Below, in pieces: positions 9,322 through 17,539 of a DNA stretch of 64,000 nucleotides (position 1 is its first letter; each line of letters starts with the position of its first letter). The stretch is from an uncultured Chloroflexia bacterium. GTDB lineage: Bacteria > Chloroflexota > Limnocylindria > Limnocylindrales > CSP1-4. The notes under the pieces were generated by a model. That model did no database searches, was not told the DNA's origin, and saw nothing but the letters and a program-made list of their open reading frames with translations. The translations under genes and the position numbers were made by a program. The DNA is taken from NCBI GenBank assembly GCA_963707215.1, contig CAVPPB010000003.1:448001-512000 (forward strand), in the 5' to 3' direction.

Positions 9322-10182
9322 ATGAGCGGCGGGACCCCGCAGGGCGGCCGGATCGTCATCGAGGAGCAGCTCGGGATCGAGCGGCACGACCCGATCGTCG
9401 ATGCGATCGCCGCCCAGCGACGTCGGCAGACCGCGCGGTTCCGGTTGACCGTGCTGATCACCTGGCTGGTGCTGATCAGCCTGATGGTCGGGGGGCTGTT
9501 CGCGGCCGGCAAGATCGATCTCGAGTTCCTCGGTGAGTGGTGGACCTACATCCTCACCGGGGCCTGGCTCACGATCGGCGTCTCGGCAGCTTCGATCGCG
9601 GTCGCCGTCGTCTTCGCTCTGCTCGGGGCGATGGGACGGCTCTCCGGCAACCCGGTGATCTACGGCCTGGCGAGCTTCTACGTCTCCCTGGTCCGGGGGA
9701 CGCCGCTGATCGTCCAGATCCTCTTCATCTTCCTGGCCCTGCCGCAGATCTGGAAGGGTTTCGCCGGGATCCCGGTGGTCGTCCTCGGGGTCTTCGCCCT
9801 GGCCTTCAACTACGGCGCCTACATGACCGAGGTCTTCCGGGCCGGCATCCAGGCCGTTCCGCGCGGCCAGCTCGAGGCAGCCGCGGCCCTCGGCATGCCA
9901 GGTCGGCTGCGCATGCAGCGGATCGTCCTGCCGCAGGCCATCCGGATCGTCATCCCGGCCATCGGCAACGAGTTCATCGCGATGATCAAGGACTCGGCAT
10001 TGGTGGCCTACATGGGCGTCCAGGAGCTTCTGTGGCGCGCCCAGCGCATCGGTCAGTCGAACTTCCGGACCCTCGAGACCCTGCTCCTGGCGGCCCTCGT
10101 GTACTGGGCCCTGACGATCGTCTTCTCGATCATCCAGGACCGACTCGAGAAGCGGATGGCCCAGAGCGACGTGAGGATCTGA
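9322..10182 (+). CDS. Polar amino-acid ABC transporter permease
   Basis: RGTPLIVQ, EVFRAGIQAVPRGQLEAAAALG (EAA motif) and IKDSAL. Confidence 0.95.
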   Translation: MSGGTPQGGRIVIEEQLGIERHDPIVDAIAAQRRRQTARFRLTVLITWLVLISLMVGGLFAAGKIDLEFLGEWWTYILTGAWLTIGVSAASIAVAVVFALLGAMGRLSGNPVIYGLASFYVSLVRGTPLIVQILFIFLALPQIWKGFAGIPVVVLGVFALAFNYGAYMTEVFRAGIQAVPRGQLEAAAALGMPGRLRMQRIVLPQAIRIVIPAIGNEFIAMIKDSALVAYMGVQELLWRAQRIGQSNFRTLETLLLAALVYWALTIVFSIIQDRLEKRMAQSDVRI

Positions 10183-10183
10183 C

Positions 10184-11023
10184 ATGACGACCGAGACCCA
10201 CGCCCGCGACCTCCGGGACGCCTATGCGACCCCGGGCCAGCTCGTCCCCCCTGGGGCGGAGCCCATCGTCCGCCTGCTCGGGGTCCAGAAGTGGTTCGGG
10301 ACGAACCATGTGCTCCGCGGCTGCACGCTCGAGGTCTACCCGCGGGAGACCATCTGCCTCATCGGCCGGTCCGGATCCGGCAAGAGCACGCTGCTCCGTT
10401 GCGCCAACTTCCTCGAGGAGCCCACCAAGGGCGTCGTCGAGATCGCCGGGATCACCGTTGAAGCGGACCCGCTCGGGAGCCGCAGCCGCGGCCATCGTGA
10501 GCAGATCCGACAGATCCGACTCAGCGCCCAGATGGTCTTCCAGGAGTTCAACCTCTTCCCCCACATGCGGGTCATCGACAACCTCATCGAGGCACCCATC
10601 CGGGTCAAGGGGGTGCCCCGCAACCAGGCGATCGCCACGGCCGAGAAGTACCTGGACAAGGTCGGCATGATCGAGAAGCGGGACGAGTGGCCTGCACGCC
10701 TGTCGGGTGGCCAGAAGCAGCGGGTCGCCATCGCCCGGGCCCTGACTATGGAGCCCGAGGTCCTCCTCTTCGACGAACCGACCAGCGCGCTGGACCCGGA
10801 GCTCGTGGGCGAGGTCCTCAAGGTCATGTCGGAGCTCGCCCACGAGGGGGCGACGATGATCGTCGTGACCCACGAGATGGCCTTCGCCAGCGAGGCCGCC
10901 GACCGCGTCTACTACATCGACGAAGGCGTCTTCGTCGAAGCAGGTCCACCCGAGCAGGTGCTCGGCGCGCCACAGGACGAGCGCACCCAGCGGTTCCTCA
11001 AGCGGCTGCTTGACAAGGTCTAG
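10184..11023 (+). CDS. Polar amino-acid ABC transporter ATP-binding protein
   Basis: GRSGSGKST, LSGGQKQR, LLFDEPTSALD and VVTHEM. Confidence 0.95.
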   Translation: MTTETHARDLRDAYATPGQLVPPGAEPIVRLLGVQKWFGTNHVLRGCTLEVYPRETICLIGRSGSGKSTLLRCANFLEEPTKGVVEIAGITVEADPLGSRSRGHREQIRQIRLSAQMVFQEFNLFPHMRVIDNLIEAPIRVKGVPRNQAIATAEKYLDKVGMIEKRDEWPARLSGGQKQRVAIARALTMEPEVLLFDEPTSALDPELVGEVLKVMSELAHEGATMIVVTHEMAFASEAADRVYYIDEGVFVEAGPPEQVLGAPQDERTQRFLKRLLDKV

Positions 11024-11046
11024 CCCGCCGCCGCGGTCCCGATGGA

Positions 11047-11072
11047 GAGGCCCGGCCGATCGGCCGGGCCTC
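11047..11072. terminator. Perfect 26-bp palindrome between convergent genes (probable bidirectional terminator)
   Basis: GAGGCCCGGCCGA|TCGGCCGGGCCTC. Confidence 0.55.
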
Positions 11073-11097
11073 GAAGCGTACGCGCGCGTGCGTGCGC

Positions 11098-11289
11098 TCA
11101 GGACCGCCGCTCCTTGCGGCGCTGGCGTGACAGGTACCAAGCGCCGATGAGCCCTGCGGCAGCACCGATGACGACCGCGATGAGGCCCTCGATGAGGAAC
11201 TCCAGGGTCCCCCCGATCTCGACGAAGTCGAGATTGAAGATGAGCATCATGACGTAGGTCACGACCGCGGTGATGAGGACGGCGTACAT
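11098..11289 (-). CDS. Small 2-TM membrane protein (63 aa)
   Basis: MYAVLITAVV...GAWYLSRQRRKERRS; SD GGAGGGAG; codon usage typical of the window. Confidence 0.7.
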   Translation of the reverse strand: MYAVLITAVVTYVMMLIFNLDFVEIGGTLEFLIEGLIAVVIGAAAGLIGAWYLSRQRRKERRS

Positions 11290-11376
11290 CCGACTCCCTC
11301 CGGACGGCGGGCGCTCGCCCGCGTGCCTCGCATCGTAGCGGTCCGTCGGAGGATCCGAGAGCGCATCGCGCGGGCT

Positions 11377-11430
11377 GGACGCTGCGCGGCCCCCGGGACG
11401 CTGCGCGGCCCCCGGGACGCTGCGCGGCCC
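11377..11430. repeat. Tandem 19-bp repeat, about 2.8 copies
   Basis: GGACGCTGCGCGGCCCCCG at 11377 and 11396, partial copy at 11415. Confidence 0.9.
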
Positions 11431-11739
11431 GTCACGCGCTCGGTGGCGGTCGCGACGGGCCGCTCGAGTCCCGGGTGGCCTCTCCGCCGGTTCAGCGGAC
11501 GGAGAGGACGGGCCCCCGACGGACGGGGTTCCGCGTTCGGCCTTCGGGCTCGAGACGAGCGTACGCCCCCATCGAGCGGACCAGCAATGGCCCTTCCGGC
11601 ACATTGACAGGCGCCATGCGCGAAGGGTCCTGCCGTGGCATAGGGAATCTGACCGGGTCGTCCCGGTCAGATTCGGATGCTACGCTCCGCGGCCCGTGCG
11701 TCAGAGCCCACCGACGCCGCCCGAGGTCCGCCCTTCCGG

Positions 11740-13149
11740 ATGTCGCGACCCGCCCTGAGAGCCGAACCGGCTCCGGCCACCGCCCGGCAGCTCAGCCTCG
11801 GCCTGCCCCACGGCCTGCCCAGGCTCGCGATCGACCCCGACTGGGGAGACCAGCCACGCCTCTGGGGACACAGCCGGCATCCCCTCTGCTCGTATCTGGC
11901 CAGCTTCCCGGCTGCCCTGGCGCATGCCTTCATCGCCCGCTACTCCAGACCCGGCGACGTCGTGATGGACCCGTTCTCCGGTCGCGGGACCGCGCCCCTC
12001 CAGGCGGCCGTGGAGGGGCGGATCGGCGTCGGGAACGACCTCAATCCCCTGGCCCATCTCCTCACGGCCGCCAAGATCGAACCGGCGTCCCGGGCCGAGC
12101 ACGCGACCCGCCTTGCGGTGCTCCGGCTGGGCTACGGGCGGACCGCTGACGAGTGGACGGCGTTGGCCGGCCGCGTCGTGGCCGATCCCGCAGCCGCGCA
12201 CGCCCTCGTCCCGGCTGCCGGCTCGCGGGGTGGGCCGGATGATGGGACCGAGCCCGTGCCGGCGGAGGTCGCCCTGTCCTTCGATGCGTGGACGCTCGGC
12301 CAGGTCCTTGCCCTTCGGTCGGCGCTCGATCTCGACGACCGCGTCGACCGGTCCCTGGCCGCGACGGTCGCCGGGATCCTCCACGGCAAGACGTCCGGCT
12401 ACCTGACGACCCTGATGCCGAACACATTCAGCATGGCCCCCGGATACGTCCGCCGGTTCGCCGCGACGACCGGGTACGAGGCTCCTCGACGCGATGCGTT
12501 CGCCCTGCTCGAGGCGAAGCTGGGCCGGCTCCACCGTGACCCGCTGCCGGCTACCCCTGGGCTCGCCCTCTCGGGCGACGCCCGCGACGCTGGCGGGCGG
12601 GCGGCAGCCGCCCTCCGGGCTCGAGGCCTCCCGGAACGGGTCCGGCTGGTCCTGACCTCGCCGCCGTACCTGCGTGTGCTCAAGTACGGCTACTACAACT
12701 GGCTCCGGACGTGGTTCCTCGGCTATGACAGCCGAGCCATCGACGCGGCCCTCGACGACGCCCACCGCCGCGTCCCGTACCTCGCCTTCCTGGGAGACGT
12801 CCTCGCCGGCCTGCGACCGGCCCTGACCGATGACGCGATCGTGGTCCTGGTCATCGGCGACGTCGAGACGGACCGCGGCCGGCGGAGCCGGGATGGGTTC
12901 GGGCTGGCCGAGGCGGTCTGGGAGGAGGCCGCCGCTCCGACCGGATACGCCCTGGCGGGCATCGCCCGCGACCGCGTCAAGGCCTCGCGGAAGGTGACCC
13001 GGGTCTGGGGGCGGGAGGCTGGTCGAGCGACCTCGACCGACGCCATCCTAGTGCTCGGGGCGACCGAGATCGGTCGACGTCGGGCCCTGGACGGGGCCGC
13101 GGTGCCAGTCGACTGGCGTTGGCCCCCGCACGGCCCCAGGATCGCCTGA
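11740..13149 (+). CDS. Orphan DNA amino-methyltransferase (probably N4-cytosine; motif I before motif IV)
   Basis: H...SYLASFP, DPFSGRGT (SAM binding), NDLNP and LTSPPY (catalytic). No endonuclease adjacent. Confidence 0.85.
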   Translation: MSRPALRAEPAPATARQLSLGLPHGLPRLAIDPDWGDQPRLWGHSRHPLCSYLASFPAALAHAFIARYSRPGDVVMDPFSGRGTAPLQAAVEGRIGVGNDLNPLAHLLTAAKIEPASRAEHATRLAVLRLGYGRTADEWTALAGRVVADPAAAHALVPAAGSRGGPDDGTEPVPAEVALSFDAWTLGQVLALRSALDLDDRVDRSLAATVAGILHGKTSGYLTTLMPNTFSMAPGYVRRFAATTGYEAPRRDAFALLEAKLGRLHRDPLPATPGLALSGDARDAGGRAAAALRARGLPERVRLVLTSPPYLRVLKYGYYNWLRTWFLGYDSRAIDAALDDAHRRVPYLAFLGDVLAGLRPALTDDAIVVLVIGDVETDRGRRSRDGFGLAEAVWEEAAAPTGYALAGIARDRVKASRKVTRVWGREAGRATSTDAILVLGATEIGRRRALDGAAVPVDWRWPPHGPRIA

Positions 13150-13268
13150 TGAGACGGATCGCGACCCCGAGACTTGCGGGAGACGATGCACCGACGGGCA
13201 TCCTCGGTCGGGCGCCGAGCCCGGGAGACGACGCGTCGGGGGCCCTCTGGTCGCGGTACGATGCGCGC

Positions 13269-13496
13269 ATGAAGCCGATGTATCAGCCGTCCGATCTGGC
13301 GGCGATGGATCCACTCGTGCTCATGAAGAACCTCGACCACGTCCGGATGACGAGCCGACGCCTGAGCTACATCCTCCAGGGGCAGGTCCACCTCTACACT
13401 CCGGAGGCGAACCAGCTCCGCGAGCAGATCGATACCTACGTGGAGGCCGAGCGCCAGATCGAGGGCGAAATGGCCCGACGGAGGATCCGGGCCTGA
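13269..13496 (+). CDS. Hypothetical helical protein (75 aa)
   Basis: MKPMYQPSDLAAMDPLVLMKNLDHVRMTSRRLSYIL...; protein-like composition; TACGAT 6 nt before the ATG. Confidence 0.7.
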   Translation: MKPMYQPSDLAAMDPLVLMKNLDHVRMTSRRLSYILQGQVHLYTPEANQLREQIDTYVEAERQIEGEMARRRIRA

Positions 13497-13593
13497 CCCC
13501 GGCGATCTGAAGCGCCTGATCGGTCGAAGTCACTGCGACCCCCTCGATGCGCGCGGGGGTCGTCCCATGTCTGCCGAGGGTCGGCGTCGACCG

Positions 13594-13953
13594 TCAGCCG
13601 GCGACCACCACCACCCGGAGATCCGGGCCGTCGACGTCGCGGACTACCTCCTCGACCGCGGGTCCGCGACCCCGACGGCGGCCTCGGTCCAGGGTCGTCC
13701 GGCGGGTCTCCTGCTCCTCGGCCACCACGCGGCGGACGAGCGACGCCAGCGCCGGCAGCTCGAACAGGCCGAAACCGATCCCGTTCCGAGCGAGCTCGTC
13801 GGGTCCCCACCCCCGGAAAGCTCCCCGGCTCGAGACGGCGCACATCTCGTCATAGAGGTCCGGCCAGCCGACGGACCGCCGGCGGTAGCAGAAACGAACG
13901 AACTCGGCAGCATCGTCGGTCAGCGGATCGGCCGCAGGCAGCCGGGGATCCAT
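13594..13953 (-). CDS. Hypothetical protein (119 aa)
   Basis: FVRFCYRRRSVGWPDLYDEMCAV...; SD AGGAGG upstream of ATG 13953. Confidence 0.7.
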   Translation of the reverse strand: MDPRLPAADPLTDDAAEFVRFCYRRRSVGWPDLYDEMCAVSSRGAFRGWGPDELARNGIGFGLFELPALASLVRRVVAEEQETRRTTLDRGRRRGRGPAVEEVVRDVDGPDLRVVVVAG

Positions 13954-14137
13954 CGATCGGGGTCCTCCTGTCCCTCTCACGCGCTCAAGGTCGGGTCGCG
14001 CGGGGCGCGCACGACCGCGACCGTCGAGATGGGGACGGTGCCGCGGCCAGGCGTCGCGCCCGACCTACCTTCGGTCCGATGCCCGGCGGAACCGTTCGTC
14101 AGATGGTAGGCCAAACCGCCGGAGTCGTGGAGGGGGT

Positions 14138-14170
14138 TCGTCCACGAACTTGTCCACCAAGTTGTCCACA
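14138..14170. promoter_or_regulatory. Three tandem DnaA-box-like 9-mers at 12-bp period
   Basis: TCGTCCACG-aac-TTGTCCACC-aag-TTGTCCACA. A minus-strand -10 TACCAT lies at 14103-14108. Confidence 0.6.
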
Positions 14171-14209
14171 TGGAACGGGCGTTCGGGCCGCCTGTCGGCG
14201 CCCGACCGC

Positions 14210-15310
14210 TCAGGGCCGCCGCTCGACACCCAGGCCGGGCCGATCGGAGAGGATCCAGCGGTGGTCATCGTCGAGCTCCAGTCCCTCGAACGGGTCGTCG
14301 GCCAACAGCAGACAGCCGTCGAGGTCGACCCATTCGGCCAGCGCGGCGACGGCGGCCGAGCCGGCGATGCCGACCGACGTCTCCTCCATGCAGCCGAGGA
14401 AGGTCCGGAAGCCGAGCTCACGCGCCCGGCCGAGCATCCGCCGGGCCGGTTCGATGCCGCCGCACTTGGCGAGCTTGACGTTGATGCCGTCGACGACGCC
14501 GACGAGCCCCTCGAGATCCTCGAGGGCCACCGCGCTCTCGTCGGCCACGATCGGCAGGGGCGAGCGTTCCTGGAGCCGGGCGAGCTGGTCCAGCCGCCGG
14601 GCCGGGAAGGGCTGCTCGATGAGCTCGACCCCAAGGCGGACCAACTCGGGCACGAGGCGCTCGGCGTCATCGGGATCCCAGCCTGTGTTGGCGTCGACCC
14701 GGATCGGTCCGTCGTAGACGGCCCTGACGGCCTCAAGGGTCCGCAGGTCGTCGGGCCCGCCGACCTTGATCTTGAGGGCGGGGAAGGCGGCCGCGCGACG
14801 GGCCCGCTCGGCGACGACCCCCGGCGCGTCGATACCGAGCGTGAAGTCGGTCGGGGGGATCGTGGCCGGGAGGTCGATCAGCCGATGGACCGGCAACCCC
14901 GTCAGGCGGCCGGCCAGATCGTGGAGGGCGATGTCGAGCGCGCACCTCGCTGCCCCGTGGCCGCGGATGGTCTCGTCGAAGGCATCGGTCGACGCGGCCA
15001 GGCCCGCCCGAGAGGTCACCGCATCGGTCGAGAGGACGCGTCCGTCCACCCGATCGAGGAGGTCCGGCAGCACGGCCGCCATCGTCGCCGGTGTCTCCCC
15101 GTAGTAGTGGTCCGGGTAGCCCTCGCCGAGCCCTTGCAGGCCGGGCCGATCCGGATGCTCGAGCTCGACCACGACGGTCGTGATCCAGCGACCGGCCCCG
15201 TGGCTTGCCCGGGCGATGACGAACGGGTCGCGGAGGTCCAGTCGCAGGATCTGCCAGTGGAGCCGCCAGCCGGCGGCCACCTCGACCTGGCCCGACCGCT
15301 CGGTCCTCAC
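14210..15310 (-). CDS. Dipeptide epimerase (L-Ala-D/L-Glu epimerase / DgcA-like, enolase superfamily)
   Basis: LKIKVG, RVDANTGW, IEQP, ADES, NVKLAKCGG and DLDG. Confidence 0.9.
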   Translation of the reverse strand: MRTERSGQVEVAAGWRLHWQILRLDLRDPFVIARASHGAGRWITTVVVELEHPDRPGLQGLGEGYPDHYYGETPATMAAVLPDLLDRVDGRVLSTDAVTSRAGLAASTDAFDETIRGHGAARCALDIALHDLAGRLTGLPVHRLIDLPATIPPTDFTLGIDAPGVVAERARRAAAFPALKIKVGGPDDLRTLEAVRAVYDGPIRVDANTGWDPDDAERLVPELVRLGVELIEQPFPARRLDQLARLQERSPLPIVADESAVALEDLEGLVGVVDGINVKLAKCGGIEPARRMLGRARELGFRTFLGCMEETSVGIAGSAAVAALAEWVDLDGCLLLADDPFEGLELDDDHRWILSDRPGLGVERRP

Positions 15311-16410
15311 CGGGCCGGCCCCGGATCGACCCAGGGCAGTGCGTCCACGGCCGAGCGGACCCGGGCCCAGAGGTCGGCCCCGCCGAAGCGGACAGGGTCG
15401 TCGCACGGCAGCCCCGTCAGCTCGGCCGTCTCGCCGATCGCCTGACGGGCCGCCCCCGGATCGGGCAGGAGAGACGTATTCACGGCCACGGCGACGACCC
15501 TCGACGGGGCGACCAGCCCGGCCACCCGCTCGTGGAGGTCGATGAACGACGGGAGGTCGGCGATGGGGAAGCGCTGGTCGGGCAGGTGCTCGAAGTCATG
15601 GTCCTCGAGCCCTGGCTTGTGCACCATGATCATGGCCTGCGGCGCACAGCCGTGGATGAGACCGAGGGTCACCGACGAGTAGGCCGGATGGTCGAGCGAG
15701 CCCTGGCCCTCCACCAGGAGCCAATCGCCGCGGGCCTCGCCCTCCTCCACGAGCCACTCGCAGGTGCCCTGGACGAAGTCGGCGACGAGCCGGTCCACGG
15801 CGACCCCCCAGCCCTCGATCATCATGCCCGTCTGGCCGGTCGGCACGAACGTGGCGGCGTCGCCGGCGTCGAGGGCCGCACGACGCAGGTCGAGGGCGAC
15901 CGACATCTTGCCGATGGCGCAATCGGTGCCGACCGTCAGGATCACCCGCTTGCCTGGTCCGTGCCGGCGCCCGACCGCGGTCTCCATCCGGGCCGGCGGT
16001 CGCCGGTAGTCGATGATGGCGACACCCCGCCGGATCGCGGCGGCAGCCAATTCGGGATCATCGCCCAGGAACGTGTGGAGACCGGAATGGATCTCCAGGC
16101 CGGCATCGATCGCCTGGAGCACCAGCGACCGCCACGATTCCGGCAAGCGGCCGCCCGTCGGAGCGATCCCGATGAGCAGCGCCGTCGGGGTAGGCGTCGA
16201 GGCCAGAGCCTCGTCGAGCGAGGCGAGGACCGGCACCCGGAACCGTTCGCCGCCGAGGCCGAGTGCCTCTCCGGCGGTCATCCCGGCTCGCTCGGAGTCG
16301 AGCACCGCGACGACCGGGTCGGTCCCGTAGCGCATGACGCCGACGGCTGTCTTGGCGTCGTGGACGCGGAGGTTCCCCTCGGCCAGGATGACCAGCCGAC
16401 GCTCGGTCAC
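15307..16410 (-). CDS. DUF1611 family protein (DgcN-like D-glutamate N-acetyltransferase)
   Basis: AKTAVG, GIAPTGGRLP, SGLH, GTDCAIGKM, TGQTG and VEGQGSLDHPAYS; SD GAGGAGG. Confidence 0.9.
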   Translation of the reverse strand: MTERRLVILAEGNLRVHDAKTAVGVMRYGTDPVVAVLDSERAGMTAGEALGLGGERFRVPVLASLDEALASTPTPTALLIGIAPTGGRLPESWRSLVLQAIDAGLEIHSGLHTFLGDDPELAAAAIRRGVAIIDYRRPPARMETAVGRRHGPGKRVILTVGTDCAIGKMSVALDLRRAALDAGDAATFVPTGQTGMMIEGWGVAVDRLVADFVQGTCEWLVEEGEARGDWLLVEGQGSLDHPAYSSVTLGLIHGCAPQAMIMVHKPGLEDHDFEHLPDQRFPIADLPSFIDLHERVAGLVAPSRVVAVAVNTSLLPDPGAARQAIGETAELTGLPCDDPVRFGGADLWARVRSAVDALPWVDPGPAR

Positions 16411-16470
16411 GACCGCCTCCTCGGGTAGGAGAACGCCCCCGGGGCGCGGTCCGGGGGCGTCGGGATGTGC

Positions 16471-16547
16471 TGGTACCGCATACCGGATTCGAACCGGTGA
16501 TCTCCGCCTTGAGAGGGCGGTGTCCTAGGCCTCTAGACGAATGCGGC
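16471..16547 (-). tRNA. tRNA-Glu (anticodon CUC)
   Basis: GCCGCAT...ATGCGGT-A-CCA, anticodon arm CCGCC-CTCTCAA-GGCGG, GGTTCGAATCC. Confidence 0.95.
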
Positions 16548-16630
16548 TCGGCTGTCCGGACACGGGGTCGGGACGGCCGGGATGATAGCAAGGGCCCCGC
16601 TCGACGGTCAACGACCCGTGCCTGGCACGC

Positions 16631-17536
16631 TCAGAGCCGGTGCGCCTCCAGGAACGCCCTGACCGCCTCTGCGACCTGGAGGTAGCTCTGCTCGCCAAGG
16701 ATCAGGCCGTAGTGGGAATGCGCCCCGAACGGCTCGTACTCTGCCCCCAGCCACTCGGCCAGACGCTCCGACGAGCCCTCGGGCACGTAGCGGTCGAGGC
16801 CGGCCCCGATGACCAGCCGTGGTATCGCGGAGATCGCCCGGCGATCCACGCTGACCCCGCCGAGGACCTGACGCCGGGCCCGGCCCGATTCGTGGGGCTT
16901 CTGCCCGAGTAGGTGCTGCACGCGCAGCACGTCGTCGAGGGTGAGGTCGCGATGGTCGCGGAGCAGGCGCTCGGGCAGCGTCGACCAGCCGATGAGCGCC
17001 CGGCCGTAGACATCCGGCACTTCGCGTAGCTGGTGCGGGCGCGCCGGGGCCCGAAGCTCCAGAGGGGGCTCGGCGCTCAGGAGGACGATCCCCGCGATCG
17101 GCAGCCGCTCGGCGGCCTTGAGGGCGAGGAGTCCACCCATACCGTGGCCCACGAGGACGGTCGAGGAGCCGAGCCGATCGATCACGGCCAGGACGTCGTC
17201 GGTGTAGGAGTCGATCGAGAGCGTCGTCGGATCGGCCGCCTGGGACCAGAAGTGGTTCCGCAGGTTGACCGCGTGGCCCTCCCAGCCACGGCCGGCGAAA
17301 TGCCGTAGCCAGCGCTCCCAGGCCCATGACCCGGCGAGCTCACCGTGGACGAAGAGGAGTGGCTTGCGTCGGGATTTGCGCTCCGGCAGCCAGGACTCGA
17401 CATAGATCCCCCGCTCGGCGAGCTCGATCTCGTCCTTCCGGACGGGTCGGGCCGGCGAGGGAGGGGCGGACGGCCGGGAGACCGACGGCTCAGTGCGCTG
17501 GCCGTTGACGGAGGACGGGTCGAGCGGGTCTGGCAT
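16631..17536 (-). CDS. Alpha/beta hydrolase-fold protein lacking the nucleophilic Ser
   Basis: LLFVHG oxyanion motif. The nucleophile elbow reads GHGMGG; C-terminal D and H are retained. Confidence 0.85.
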   Translation of the reverse strand: MPDPLDPSSVNGQRTEPSVSRPSAPPSPARPVRKDEIELAERGIYVESWLPERKSRRKPLLFVHGELAGSWAWERWLRHFAGRGWEGHAVNLRNHFWSQAADPTTLSIDSYTDDVLAVIDRLGSSTVLVGHGMGGLLALKAAERLPIAGIVLLSAEPPLELRAPARPHQLREVPDVYGRALIGWSTLPERLLRDHRDLTLDDVLRVQHLLGQKPHESGRARRQVLGGVSVDRRAISAIPRLVIGAGLDRYVPEGSSERLAEWLGAEYEPFGAHSHYGLILGEQSYLQVAEAVRAFLEAHRL

Positions 17537-17539
17537 CGG

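Noticed and set aside
8050-10185. Long antisense and alternate-frame ORFs (e.g. 8050..10185-, 43275..46031-, 47084..49633-, 61356..63701+, and the upstream part of 34428..37580-)
   Set aside because: They shadow well-supported genes, have no motifs, and are expected from stop-codon scarcity at high GC.
11377-11430. 19-bp tandem repeat (and the 28-bp repeat at 53793) as a possible CRISPR array
   Set aside because: The units are directly adjacent with no spacers, there are only 2-3 copies, and no cas genes are present.
11604-11609. Perfect TTGACA -35 upstream of the methyltransferase
   Set aside because: There is no acceptable -10 hexamer at 16-18 bp spacing.
16411-16547. tRNA-Glu directly upstream of putative D-glutamate genes as a regulatory link
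   Set aside because: A hairpin (16433-16460) separates them and there is no T-box-like structure; likely coincidental.
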